Assembly: GCA_050575255.1 (NCBI GenBank)
Contig: JBNZDD010013657.1
Coordinates: forward strand, 2,626,352 to 2,690,351
DNA: 64,000 bases
Direction: 5' to 3'
Source of the DNA: Harriotta raleighana
Taxonomy: Eukaryota
The first letter of the stretch is position 1, and each line of letters starts with the position of its first letter. Under the pieces are notes generated by a model. That model did no database searches and had not been told where the DNA came from. It saw only the letters and a list, made by a program, of their open reading frames with translations. Shown here in pieces: positions 1-12,522 of the stretch. The translations under genes were made by a program, and so were the position numbers.

Positions 1-356
1 GATATCTGACGGATTTCTTATTTAAGAAAGCCCGTTCAGAAATAGTACAAAATTGACCTGAAATGAAACAAAAAAGCCGCTCGTGTATCTGAGTGTCCAG
101 CCTGAAGGGAACTTGACGAGATGATTGAAAGGAATGAAGGTGACAGGGATGAAAATTTATTTTAAACATGTCCACCTCAGCATCGCAGGCAGCTGTTCAA
201 GTGGCAATTGTTATTCTATAGTATCTTTTTTTATCTGTCAAGTACACGTGACACTATCCATCACAAGGAACAGGTTTTGAAGGATTTATTCAGTGGCACA
301 ATCACTCACATGTGAGGTTTACCTGAGGCCCTTCAGTGATGGGAGAACAAAACAAG

Positions 357-525
357 TGTCAGTCTGGCTCAGTTGGTAGCACTCTCGCCTTTTGGGCCAA
401 AAGACTGTGTGTTCAAGTCCTACGTTGAACGCCTATGGTTTCGTCCACTTATATCCAATCAATTTATCTTACATTGTATGCTGAGAAGCGCTTTGAGACA
501 TCCAGAATGCCAGGATTATTATTAT
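357..525 (+). mobile_element. Old tRNA-derived SINE (SacSINE1/DeuSINE-like head plus tail, internally deleted)
   Basis: Head tgtcagtctggctcagttggtagcactctcgcc...gttcaagtcc with A and B boxes, then the shared ...gaagcgctttgagac...aggattattatt tail. Confidence 0.7.
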
Positions 526-806
526 GGTGTAAGACGACATTCCAATGTAATGCTGGGTATGCACTAAAAATACACTTAATTGACCCTTCATTCACTTGAA
601 AGGTGCTACATCAAATATACGTTTGTTTTTATTTTACTGGAATGAGGGAAGTAAAGAGACACAATCAATCATATATATGCTCAGGATTTCCTTAACTGTT
701 GATGATATAGCATCTCATCATCTTTCGGTAGTATTCAATATTCAGTACAATGGATAATGAGAAGATCAGCCTTGATGCAAAGTCTTCCATCTCTACTGTC
801 TTCCAG

Positions 807-990
807 GGACACCAGTGAACCGGATTCCGATCATGGCCAAGCAAGTATTAGACCTGTACATGTTGTATAAGCTGGTCACAGAGAAGGGCGGCTTGGTGGA
901 AGTCATCAACAAAAAGATTTGGAGAGAAATCACAAAAGGCCTCAACTTACCTACCTCAATTACTAGTGCAGCCTTTACGCTCAGGACACA
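807..990 (+). CDS. ARID3B: ARID3B internal coding exon, ARID/BRIGHT DNA-binding domain (upstream exons lie outside the window)
   Basis: Acceptor ttccag| and donor |gtaagt. Translates (G)TPVNRIPIMAKQVLDLYMLYKLVTEKGGLVEVINKKIWREITKGLNLPTSITSAAFTLRT(Q), the ARID3-family ARID core. Confidence 0.96.
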
Positions 991-1194
991 GTAAGTACAG
1001 CAACGCTGCCCCAACACAGCTCAGCCCTAATGCACCTCACTAAAGGTGCCCTGGGGGTGAGGGTGATGTAATCAGCATCCATTCAGTCCATTATTCAGCC
1101 AAGCAAAGAGTGGACCACTTCACTTACTTTAGTTTTAGTTTACTTTAGAGTTTACCAGGAGAAGGGGGAAGGCGTGACACACGTCTTGGCTAAG

Positions 1195-1380
1195 TCACAC
1201 GACTTGCTCCCTAAGATTTAAGAGGCCCTCCTGGCAGAATCAATTGGGTTACTTCAAAGGGAGACAGGTAAATACTGGGGGAACTAGTATATCAACGGAT
1301 ATGAAGAAATGACGGGATTCAAAAATTGGTTATGATCTAATAAACTGGTGGAACAGACTCGATGGGCTTCCTGTGCACAT
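1195..1380 (+). mobile_element. Degenerate CR1 LINE 3' fragment
   Basis: ttcaaagggagacaggtaaatac...tatgatctaataaactggtggaacagactcgatgggc resembles the CR1 3' end seen at 4280 and 44257. Confidence 0.5.
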
Positions 1381-1597
1381 GGGACTCTAAAAGTCTTGGG
1401 AATTCCATCTTGGGAATACCACTGAGGGGGCAGGTTGTGTCGGAGAAGAGTTTCCATGTGTCAATTTGGTCGGTTAACGGAACTGATTCCGTAATAGCAA
1501 ATCCCAACCAAGAAATGCTGCAAATTAGAGCCCAACGTTCTGAAGCGAAGCTCATTGTCCACCGTGTCTCTACACCGTTCTCTTGTTTCTCCGGCAG

Positions 1598-1845
1598 ATA
1601 TATGAAATACCTCTATCCGTATGAATGTGAAAAAAAGTCCCTCAGTTCTCCTGCGGAGCTGCAGGCAGCAATCGACAGCAATAGGCGAGAGGGCCGAAGG
1701 CCAAGTTACAGCTCTGCCCTTTTCGGCTACCCGACTAGCTCAGGCCACACTCTGTTGTCCACACCCAAACTTCATCTGTCTGCAATGAACATTCCTGCCA
1801 CCAATGGTACCCACTCCTCTCCGGGGAGGCAGGCCATCAAAAAAG
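1598..1845 (+). CDS. ARID3B: ARID3B coding exon, end of ARID / extended ARID
   Basis: Acceptor ccggcag|, donor |gtacat, phase compatible with the previous exon. YMKYLYPYECEKKSLSSPAELQAAIDSNRREGRRPSYSSALFGY...; SSPAELQ and RRPSYSS are ARID3B-type. Confidence 0.95.
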
Positions 1846-3157
1846 GTACATGCTTGTTCTTCTGTGTTGTTCCTACCTACCTCTGCCAATCGAATTTCAG
1901 CGCCTTGGGATGTCCTCCCAACGTGAAAGGTGATATACAAATGTAATTTGATTGCTGTTGTTGATGCTTCCCTCTTGAAAGGTGCTGTGTAAATTCTAGT
2001 TGATTCCAACACTTTTTCTAAATAGCGATTGAGGTCCACTGTTAATCAATAGAGTATTAATTACTGATTAGTTGATTATTAGCACAGACTCAGTGGTTTC
2101 ACTCATTCTCAAATCGTTATAATATTAATAATAATCCTTGCATTTGATGTTGCAATTTGCAGTCAATTCACTTTACACTATATTCTGTAAAACACTTTGA
2201 GACGTCTAGAAGTCGTGGGAAGTGCTATATTAAATACAAGGATTATTATTATTTCCCAATATCACTTTGTTGAGACGTCTCAAAAGACTTCACAGAATAT
2301 ACTAATGGACCGAATATTCTGTGTGTAAATTTTTCACCTGATTGTTACTTGCTTTAAGTTAGTCAGCAAGACACCGGAGAGGAAATCCCCTTTCCTCCTT
2401 CGTCCTCTCCCCGGCCCCCATTTTCTTGTAGATGTTAAACTCCAGCTAGGACATACACATGGGGAGATTGAAGTTACTCACGTTGAAGTTACTACAAGTG
2501 GAAAAACTTGCATTTGAACTGCAGACAAAATCTTGGTGTGAGGTTATATTCAAACAACAGCACCTTCCACAATGCAGAGTTCTCCCAATTCTAAAGCATT
2601 TGAGTGTGGGCTCAAGCCCTGCCGTGGGGTGCGAATCCACAAGCTTCTAACCCAGAGACGAAAGTGCTAGTAACTGGTGGTGGTGGTGCTGGCGCAAAAA
2701 GACTGTAGGGGACGGAGGCAGCTGCAGCCCAAATGTTCTCTATTCTGTCAGTAAAAGATTGCACGATGTAAGCAAAGTATCTTCGGCAGGAGTTAGCAGC
2801 TTGGAATGCATAAACACGGCTTTACACCTTTTTTTGTGTTTCTTTTCCCTCAATGCTTCGCTGTTCTGCATTCCAGCTGTTAACATGTCTTTTTCACACC
2901 TGGCTGGGTGGGTTCCGCAGCCAATTACAGGTGTGTGGCTTTGATCTGTCGGATAATCCTCTTTAATCCCTTTTATGTTTCCTGTTCATCTCAAGAGAAA
3001 AAATCCTCTTTTGGAGACTTTCAGATGATGCAATGGCATCAGTCCTTTTAACCCTAGTTACAGGTTAGTGAAGATTTGAAACAGTGCATTCCCTTCAAAG
3101 CTGCGGTGGGTCACAAATATGCACTGCAGCTCTGTAGGGGATTTCACATCAAGCTTG

Positions 3158-3479
3158 ATAATAATAATCCTTGCCTTTTGATACAGTGCTTTTCACATCT
3201 TCTAGACGTCTCAAAGCGCTTCACAGAATATACTGTAAAGTGAATTGACTGTGTATTTGTGGGCGAAATGCAGCAGGCAATTATGCACAGCAGAGTCCCA
3301 CAAACAGACATAGATTGAAATGACCAATTTTTTTATTATAGGTTATTTTTGGACGGATTATTATTAGTTGTGTGGGGTAGAGTAACCTTGCCCATGGTTT
3401 CACCCTGAACTGCCTGGATTCGAAACACAGGTCTCACATTTGTAAGGCGAGTGCTCTAACCACTGAGCAACAGGACTCC
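3158..3479 (-). mobile_element. Full-length young tRNA-derived SINE (type A)
   Basis: Reverse complement of GGAGTCCTGT(A)GCTCAGTGGTTAGAGC...GGGCAAG...TGTTTGTGGGAC...AAGCGCTTTGAGACG...GCAAGGATTATTATT, repeated many times in the window. Confidence 0.9.
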
Positions 3480-3570
3480 ACGTCCATGTTACTCAGACGC
3501 CCATTCATGTGATCGCACTTCGGGCCCAATATTCCATCTAATCTTATTCTGGAACTTTACTCTGGGGTGT

Positions 3571-3866
3571 GGAGTTCTGTAGCTCAGTGGTTAGAGCGCT
3601 TGCCTTACAAGCGAGATACCTGGGTTCAGTTTGCAGCAGGTTGAAACCTTGGGCAAGTTTCCTTACTCCACACGCATAATAATAAGCTTTCAACAAATAA
3701 TTTGTTCATTCCAATCCACGACTGTTTGTGGGACACTGCTGTGCACAATTGGCTGCCGCGCTTAGCCTACAAATATACAGTCAATTCACTTTACAGTATA
3801 TTCTGTGAAGTGCTTTGAGAAGTCTAGAAGACATAAAAAGCATGATATCAAATGCAAGGATTCATT
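3571..3866 (+). mobile_element. Full-length young tRNA-derived SINE (type A)
   Basis: tRNA-like head, CCTTGGGCAAGTTTCCTTACTCCACAC, Deu-like 3' part and tail. Confidence 0.9.
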
Positions 3867-4279
3867 ACAATCACATAGAAAGAAAGTCTGAATTCTACCT
3901 TACTCTGGAAGTTAATCTTTTTCAAGAACTTCATGAATTCTGGCTGCTAAATTCAAACTGAACTTTTAAGAATTTGCTTAAATTTGCTTACATTTTAAGA
4001 TAAAATTGATTCACTGGCAAAAACTAGTGTACTTTTAAGACAAGGGTATATTGTATATACAGTGCTGTAGCCTGAACAATTGCATTGCAGTAGGACGGGT
4101 GTTCTGAAATGGGCCAAGGTACCATCTTCATTCAAATCTTTCTCATGGTCATCTTCATATGAGAATGGTGGAAATCTGGAACTCACTCCCCAAAAGGCTG
4201 TGAATGCTGGATTCAATTTGGATCAAATTTTCATGACTGAGGGATGGGATATTGAGCAAATGCAGGTAATGGAGTTGAC

Positions 4280-4362
4280 CTGCAGATCAGCCATGATCTA
4301 ATAAAATGGCAGAATAGGTTCAAGTGGCTGAATGGCCTTACCCCTGTTCCTATGTTCCTATG
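4280..4362 (+). mobile_element. CR1 LINE 3' terminus
   Basis: gatcagccatgatcta...tgaatggcctta...ctgttcctatgttcctatg with the short terminal tandem repeat typical of CR1. Confidence 0.75.
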
Positions 4363-4439
4363 AATGACGGGGAGTGGTCTATTGCTTCATTGCTAAACAT
4401 TGCGCGACTCTTGACTGTTTGCGTTTCTTTCCGTCCCAG

Positions 4440-4691
4440 AAGAGGGAGCGACTAGCTCTGGTTCAGTGCCAAACCGGATCCACATCCCAGTCAGCCTCGC
4501 CAGCCACCACTCCGCAGCTCAGGCCATCACCCTGGAGCAGCTGAGGGAGAAGCTGGAGAGCGGGCAGCCGCCTGAGAAGAAGATGGCCAGATTTGCCGAG
4601 GAACAGCACAGGATCATGCAACAGGCCTTGCAGCAGAACCTGTTTGCTATGGCAACCCACATGCCTATGAACATCAGGATCAATGGTAAAG
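4440..4691 (+). CDS. ARID3B: ARID3B coding exon, REKLES domain (alpha part)
   Basis: Acceptor tttccgtcccag|, donor |gtaagg, phase 1-1. EEGATSSGSVPNRIHIPVSLASHHSAAQAITLEQLREKLESGQPPEKKMARFAEEQHRIMQQALQQNLFAMATHMPMNIRINGK contains the literal REKLES motif. Confidence 0.95.
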
Positions 4692-7309
4692 GTAAGGCCC
4701 ACATCAGTTTGTTGCTTTACATTTTGCGTCGGGAGAAGCCCCTTAGGGAGGGAGGGAGGGGCAACACGTTAAGCAAGTTTGGAGAGATGATCAAAGGCAC
4801 AGTTGAAAAGGAAGTTTCGTTCAGATGGGCCTCGGAGGAGGCGAGGGAGATAAAATTCCAAACCCGAAGAGAATTTTCCACGGTGTCCTGGCCAACAATT
4901 TCCAGATAAAATGAGTCTTTCGCTCCACATTTATTTGTGGGACTTTAGTTTTCTGAAGATTGCTACGGCTTTTGCCTACACCTGGAGACCTTTCATCGTT
5001 TTGGGTGCGACATCAGAACAAATATAATGAGTTATTTACTGATTTATTACTTTTTATTAAAGAGCGATCAGTTTCTTCTATTAGATTGCCTTCCCCTCCC
5101 TCCCTTCCCCCCTCAACAAGCACACCACCAGCTCCAGGCTCTCTTCCTACTGCTTTCTATCTTATCTCTTTGGGAGAATGACCTTGGAATGATATGTGCA
5201 CAATATGAGTTTGTTTAATATAGCGTAGTAATCTTTCACTCAGAACAAACACCAGTGTAGCTTCACATAGCGCAAAATAACCCACTGCTGGCACGCCTTC
5301 ATCTTTGTCCAGACAAACAGTCCCAGGAGTTTAAAGGCTGTGATGCAGCATTAGCTGTGATTATAAGGTACAACCAGAAACCTTCAAGGTAATATTATTT
5401 GAATAATGTAATTTAGTTGTCAGTTGAAAGGTATATTCTTGTAGAGCATTTCAGCCCCTCAGGCCCGGCAGCTTGATACTGCGTTGGGGGAAGGGTTGTA
5501 AGCCTTCAGTGTAAATTCAGACACAAACTCTTCTTTAACCCTTCGGCTGCCCGCAGGTCCACAGAGCCTCCTGCCTCCCCGGTCCCATCAGTTCTCTCCA
5601 TTTCCAGCTCACACTCTCTCAGAACAAATATATAACTTCTGGCATATAACTTATCACGTGGATCAAAATCAATCAATACTACAAACGTTAATAATAAACC
5701 TAGAGCCTCATCACCTTATCACTACATTGAGGTGTCTCAAAGCACTACGCAGGATTTGCCATGAAGAGTGGTGACTGTATTTGTAGGCGAACATCACAGC
5801 CCATGTTCACACAGATCTATCCCATAAACACCACGAAGTGAATGGCCAATTTTATTTGGGGGGGATTATTGGCCAAGGACATTGGGAGAAACTCCCTTCT
5901 TATAGTTAGCGCTGTACTTATTGCTGGCCGCTGTGTGGGTGTAGGGGACAGACAAACTCCAGGATTTTACTTTGTAAAACTGTCAGCAGTTACTCCTGAG
6001 TACTCTGTTTGTGTGCCTTGCGTTCTCCAGAATTGGGTAAACAGAATGCATCTCTCTGGGGAGAGAATGCATATTCCATGCGAGACCGTACGGAAATTTC
6101 CATGTGTAAGTGACATATATGTGGAGCTCTGTCTGGTTTGGATACTCTTAAGCAAAATGAGGGGTTTCCACATGAGTACAGACACCCAGCTGTCAAAAGC
6201 TAAAGAAGCTAAATAATGTTCCCACTGTCCCAAAAACCTCAAGTTTGGCATTAGTTTCTGGAATAAGAGATGCCGGTAACCTTGGGTTTCTGAAAAGGCG
6301 AGTCTGATCTGACCAAGTTACCTCGCTGAAAAAAGAGAAGACAGTGTTTAATAGTTAATGACATGTTACATGGATCTCACTGGACATGGATCTGCTTTGG
6401 TCAGGCAGTGGCGGTAACTGCGCTCATCGGGTGAGATATCGTAAGCTAGTTGAAGGTACAAGAATTATTTCCAGTATTAATAAAGAACTCAGTGGCTGTG
6501 TGATTGTTCTGCTGTCAATTTCAATGCGGAGCATACAAAACCTGGATGTCAGCGAATCGTTGATGCCCCTGTGTGGAGGCTTTGTGAAGCGCAGTTGATG
6601 GGAATCATTTCTCCCCCATTCTATTTTAATATAGTACAAAATTCCATTCGTAAAACGCCTTTCACATCTGGAGGTTGTCTCAAGGCGCTAATGTTTAGTT
6701 GTGACTAAGAAGTCTGATCGGTATTTAAAGAGAACGTTAAAAAATTGTATAATATAACCTACTCTGTTGTCCTGAAGTCACTCTGCTACACTGTTCTCTC
6801 CAGGGCGAAGTTGAGGCCAGATCTTTCTCATTCTCATATAACATTGAGAATTAAGAGGCTTCTACACACCCACTGATTTCCGTTCTACTCTTTCACCGGA
6901 CTCTTGGATGTTTCAACACAGAAGCAGGGCATTTAGCCTCAGTGGATGTGTGTTCCTATCTCTGCCCCCACCCACTCACATACAGACACACATCGGGAGG
7001 ATGTCTCAAGGCGTTCATGTTTAGTGTGACTAAGAAGACCAACCGGTATTTCAAGAGGCCGTTAAAAAATTGTACGCAAAGTAAAGCTTGGCATCAAATT
7101 AATCACTGTATGATTGACAAGAGATAACCATCAATCGGCAAGCAATAAATTGTGTAGTCGGTGTTTTAGGGATTTGCTTCACAGATCTAATGCAAAGTTG
7201 CACAATTATTAAGACCCTTGTACATAATATAGGCCATATGTCGTCCCCCCGTTACATTCTCGTGTTTAGGGCTTGAAACCCACACGTTATAATGACGCAT
7301 TAAAAAAAA

Positions 7310-7615
7310 ATCTTGCATTTGATATAGCGTTTTTCACATCTTATCGACGTCTCAAAGCGCTTCACTGAATATACTGTAAAGTGAATTGACTGTATATTTG
7401 TGGCTGGAACAAATTGTGCACAGCAGTGTCAATTACAGCCAATTGCGCACAGCAGTGTCCCACAAACAGACATGGATTGAAATGACCAATTTTTCTTATT
7501 GTGTTTTTTTATGGATAGATTATTATTAGGCGTGTGAGTAAGGAAACTTGCCCATGGTTTCGCCCTCATCTGCCTGGATTCGAGCACAGGTCTCACTCTG
7601 TAAGGCAAGAGCTCC
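7310..7615 (-). mobile_element. SINE type A
   Basis: Same family consensus on the minus strand. Confidence 0.85.
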
Positions 7616-7674
7616 ATAAATTGAAGATGTACATCAACATCCCTTGCTTCACCAAGACTATACCCAGTGTAATG

Positions 7675-7712
7675 ACACACACACACACCACACACACCAC
7701 ACACACACACAC
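7675..7712. repeat. (CA)n microsatellite, imperfect
   Basis: Direct reading. Confidence 0.9.
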
Positions 7713-7896
7713 ATCTTGACTATCATGTTGCTGCTCCAGATGATGAGAGGAGAAGCAAATTGTTTACCCAGTTTGCCTACAAATACACTAAGTCACTGGT
7801 TAACACTTGAGAATAAAATCTGGCGAAGGGCTTTCAGACGGCTCAACATCAATGTGATTGGGGGCTATTTCAAATGCAAAAGATTCAAAACAGTCC

Positions 7897-8087
7897 TGGA
7901 TTGAAATGACCAATTTATTATTTTTTGTGGTGATTATTGTCTGGCGTGTGGAGTAAGGNTTTTTTGTGGTGATTATTGTCTGGGGTGTGGAGTAAGGAAA
8001 CTTGCCCACGATTTCACCCTGCCTGGAATTGAACCCAGGTTTCTTGCTTGCAAGGCAAATGCTCTAACCACTGAGCTACAGGACTCC
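7897..8087 (-). mobile_element. SINE type A, 5' half (spans the N gap at 7959)
   Basis: ...aaggaaacttgccca...ctctaaccactgagctacaggactcc. Confidence 0.85.
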
Positions 8088-9344
8088 ACTCCCCACCATC
8101 CCTATTTTCTAGTTTCTAACCAATTGTCCTGGTATCAGATGGATATTAGCATTCAAACAAACTGCTGAGCTCAATTGAAAGTAACAGTTTACAGAAAAGA
8201 CCGATAAAACATCGAGTTGAGGGCTGCTATATTTTGGGATGAATGTGTTCAAGAAGACATGGAGCTAAACTTGAACTGACTAATACTGAGCCAAGCAGAG
8301 ATATTGCAACATAAATTCCAATGCACCTTTCAGAAATATTCACATCGCAACTTTCACCTGAGGATAAATCGGGAACCCGCCCACTAACACTCAGTATGAC
8401 TGGGCTCTCACTGTCATTAACCATATACAGTACTGTACATATTTTTTTGCCCGAGCTCTGCTTTGCATCGCTCCATCAACCATGATCTCTAGTGTGGTTT
8501 AGCATTATTTGATCTACAGGATAGGCTTAGCAGCAATTAGTGGTGAGGCCAATTGACTCATTTCACTTTCAAGCTACTCACACTGTGGAACCCATAATAA
8601 TAATAATTTCAAAGATAGGTAAAGACAAAGAGGTAGCCACATTCTTTTCAGTTGAGGAGCTATCAGTACCTGTGTCAGAAAAAAAATCTATACTCTAGCT
8701 CCTCCATAAGCATCTAGTTTTCACCTTCAAACCCTTTGAGCATCAGAGTCTTTGTACAGAGTATATTCTGTGTAGTGCTTTGAGACGTCGATCAGATGTG
8801 AAAAGCGCTGTATCAAATGCAAGGATTATTATTATTATACTTTGTGGGATTCGCAAATCTTCTTTATCATATGCTTTCTCCATGAGCTCAGCTAAAACTC
8901 CATTAGCATTGCCGCGCTTCACCTACAAATATACAGTCAATTCATTTTACAGTATGTTCTGTGAAGAGCTTTGAGACATTGATAAGATATGAAAAACGCT
9001 AGATCAAATGTAAGGAATATTATTATTTCTAAGTCATTGGTCTTACCAACATCACTCCCTGCACACTACCCACAACAAGCGGCCACTCATTGCTAAAAGT
9101 TCACAGTGAGATCCTACATGAATATCAGCCGTTATGTCAGTGAAATTGACATGAAGCAGAATAATTTTTTAAGCTAAATGCTGTGGTCAAGTCTACTCAT
9201 CTGATGCACTGGGAAGGGGAAAAGTGGTGATTAGCAATGCAAACATCACCCAGTCAAACATATATTACTAGATAATAAGCACAATTTGATTTGGGTGCAC
9301 ATTATGATATGTCACACAGATGGATAACACAGATGTGCTCCACA

Positions 9345-9724
9345 CCATTAGAGTTCTATTGTCTTCAAGTCAAAAGTCAGTTCAACATCCTGGTCCTCAT
9401 CCTCGAAGCCCTCCATGGCTTCACTTTCCCATACCTCGGCAACCTCCTCACCCCCTACCAAGCTTTCCCCCACCTCACCCACTCCACCATTGGCGAGCAG
9501 ACCATCAGCCACTCTTCCACTATCCTCTGGAGCTCCATCCTGCAGTCTCTCCCCTTCATCCCATCCCTTGCCTCCTTCAAGACCGACCTCAAGGCCTTCC
9601 TCTTTGACCGTGCTTTCAACATCCTTGCCCCCCTGACCTCCACCCTCTTCAATCCCAACCCCCAGCTCGCATCTGAAATACTGTTTGTCCAGCGCCTTGG
9701 GACATGCTACAGATGTGAAAGGCT
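9345..9724 (+). mobile_element. L2-clade LINE 3' fragment (ORF2 C-terminus plus tail)
   Basis: ORF 9291-9731 contains FNILVLILEALHGFTFPYLGNLLTPY...LWSSILQSL...SLASFKTDLKAFLFDRAF, a typical L2 ORF2 end, followed by cagcgccttgggac...tgtgaaaggc. Confidence 0.85.
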
Positions 9725-10237
9725 GAGTTAGCTAACCTGAGCCAGGCGAACCAGTGAGGGAGATTCTTCAATCAGCCTTAGTTTTCCAGGTTTACGGGCA
9801 AAAAAATTAGCTTGGGTTCCACATCTTATCACTTGTGCCCCCTGCTGGACAGTACACAAATGCAAATTTTAAGGGAGGAAGAGATGATGTTCTCTCTCAC
9901 AGTCACAGTGCAATTCCTCACTGGTATCTATTATGTGCTGATTTATGGGATTCCCCGATAAAGAAAACTAAGTTGCATTCTACTAACATATGGGATCAAT
10001 GTTCTGACTCAATCTGCTCTAAGAGCAAGAATTCCCATGTCCCCAGTTATTGACAAGATACCCACTCGAATGCTTATTGAGGAATCAAATTAGAAACTGC
10101 CACATAGCGGTCCATCCAGTGACAGCCTGGCTTAGTTGGTAGCACTCTTGCCTCCAAGTCAGAAGTTTATGGGTTCAGTAGTTTGAACTCAACAGTCCAG
10201 ACTGTAGCCCCGATATAGTTGAAGACGCTTTGGATAA

Positions 10238-10462
10238 CAGCAACAACAAAATTACATTTGTAGAGCACCTTTCACATCAGGGGGACATCCCAAGGCGCTG
10301 GACAGTCTGTGGTCAGGACCCGAGCATGGGGGAAGGGGCAGGGTTGGGATGAGGAAGGGCGGAGAGCTAAGACGACGGCTGAAGGCACAGACGAAGAAGG
10401 GGGTCTTGAGATCGGTCTTGAAGGAGACAAGGGAGGGAGCAAGGTGAAGGGATTGTGGGATG
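10238..10462 (-). mobile_element. L2 LINE 3' end
   Basis: Minus-strand IPQSLHLAPSLVSFKTDLKTPFF followed by a tail ending in (TTG)n. Confidence 0.85.
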
Positions 10463-11246
10463 GATAATCTATAAACCAATATCCTATCTGACCCTGTGTA
10501 AGTGGCTCTTAAATATCCAATGACACTATTTGAAAAGAGAAGAGAGATTCTCCTGGTGTCCTGGCCAATAATCATTCCAAGTAATAAAAAAAACTCAGTT
10601 TCAATGCAGCAGTTTAGTGCGTCACTAACTCTTTTTTATGTACAATCAGCACGTCCTTAGAATCAATCAAGTCACTCTTCGTAATCAAGGTGAAGAGGCT
10701 CTTATGAATTTTCAGCCCAGTTTTGTCAAAGTCCATTTGCTTTCTTGGGAGTGAGGGGAGGTTTTCATTTGAACAAATATCTTTGTCTGTCCCTTTGAAA
10801 CCCGTTTTGTTGGCAACATGTAGCGTACTGTTTGAAATGTAGGCAACAGCATTGATCTGCCCTTTCCCTTTACGGGACTCAATGAAGCACTCAATGAAGT
10901 ATTCATGTCCGTTGCATTGAGACCAGAAGCAGCTGCTGTAACCTCTGTTCTTTCGGAGCCCTCCTCAAACGGGGCCATAGGTCAGACTGTCACTGGTTTG
11001 GAGATGGGACTGGGCCGCGGTTATGTGGCAGGCTTGCCTTTGACAGGATGGCAGTTGTCAGAATGACAGATTACTTTCTGTCACAGGGGTGAGCAGTCAG
11101 TTCACTTCCTCCCCTCCTCCCTCTCCCACCCCTTCCCCCACCATTGCCCCTCCCACTCCAGGTCCCCTATTTGATATCTCCTCACTTGCACACTCTTAGC
11201 ACAGTTTCACACATTCATGTGGGGTATAACTTGAAAAAGAAATTAT

Positions 11247-11590
11247 GATAATCCTTGCATTTGATACAGCTCCTTATCATGTCGTGGAGACGTCTCAAAG
11301 CGTATCACGGAATATACTGTAAAGTAAATTGACTTTATATTTTGTGGGTGTAAAGCAGCAGCCAATTGTGCACATCAGTGTCAATAAACAGTCGTGGATT
11401 GAGACACTAATTGTTATTAGTTATGTTTTGAAAGGATTATTACCCCCAAAAAGCGATCCGCCAATCAACTAACAACCAGGTTCCTATTCACTACCAGGTA
11501 AACAGGGGCAAGGAAACTTGCCTACGGTTTCGTCCCGGCCCAGGAATCGAACCCGAGTGCTCTCGCTTGTGAGGCAAGTGCTCTAACCAT
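11247..11590 (-). mobile_element. SINE type B (longer CORE-like body)
   Basis: Same head and tail as type A, plus the internal segment ...cctgtttacctggtagtgaataggaacctggttgtagttgattggcggatc... (reverse complement). Confidence 0.8.
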
Positions 11591-11693
11591 TATGGGTGTC
11601 ATATCATATCATGAGCGATGAGTCACAGGACAAGTCTCTTTAACGTTGGTCAAGTGTTAACGTCCTGCCTACCAACCTTTGCTTTCTCTGCAG

Positions 11694-11783
11694 ATGATAG
11701 GCAGGAAATTGCATTGAACTTGTCAACTAATGGTATCAGCAGCATCAATATGTCAATTGAAATTAATGGCACCGTCTATACAG
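11694..11783 (+). CDS. ARID3B: ARID3B coding exon, REKLES-beta
   Basis: Acceptor tttctctgcag|, donor |gtaaga, 90 nt, phase 1-1. DDRQEIALNLSTNGISSINMSIEINGTVYT(G). Confidence 0.94.
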
Positions 11784-12522
11784 GTAAGATTTCGATAGAT
11801 ACCCTTTCTTATCATAACCTTGACAGGTCAAGTGTCAAGGACGACAGGTCACTGAAACATCCCTGAGGCAATGCCTCACAGGGAGGAGGGAGTGTGAATG
11901 GTTCACAGACACATGGATCATTGGGGCAAATTGTTGGACATTTGTGGACTTCTTAAATACAGCCATCCAGCCAGTTGGGGATCTGGAAATTGGTTCTGAG
12001 TGAGATACAATCCCGTAGGCCTCAAACCTTTACTTGGTAAAGTTTGCCAGTCCCCTCCCGCCAGAATCTTATAGGCCATACGACGCCTCTGTGAGGCGTT
12101 GTATGGCCAGAGATGCTGTCCTTTGGATGAGAAACATGATGCCTGTCAGGTATGTACAGAGGTCCATCTGCTGTAGTTCACAGAAAAGCAGGAGTTCTCC
12201 TCTTGTTTGGGTAAACATTTCTTACTTGTCTGAATTCCTCACCGTGCAAACTCCAGGTATTGTTGATTTGCAACTCTTAAACCTGTGTCCTCTTGTTTTA
12301 CTTTCTTGATAGAGTACTGATCTGAGTTTACTTTCACATTCTCATTTTAAAAATATTCTACACTTCTGTGGGGCCCTCTCCAAGCAATCTTCTCTGTAGA
12401 CTGAAGAGCACTTGTCCAATCGTTAGCCCATTCCTCTTAACACTGAGAGATCATCCTCATTGCTCTGCACTGTCTTCCACAACCATGTGTTTTTATTAAC
12501 CCTGGTTATTCTCTCTCACTAG

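Noticed and set aside
3571-3645. tRNA-like sequences with TAC/TGC anticodon loops (also at 27899, 46127, 53219, 58137 and elsewhere)
   Set aside because: Each runs straight into the SINE body, lacks a proper acceptor stem and varies between copies. They are SINE heads, not tRNA genes.
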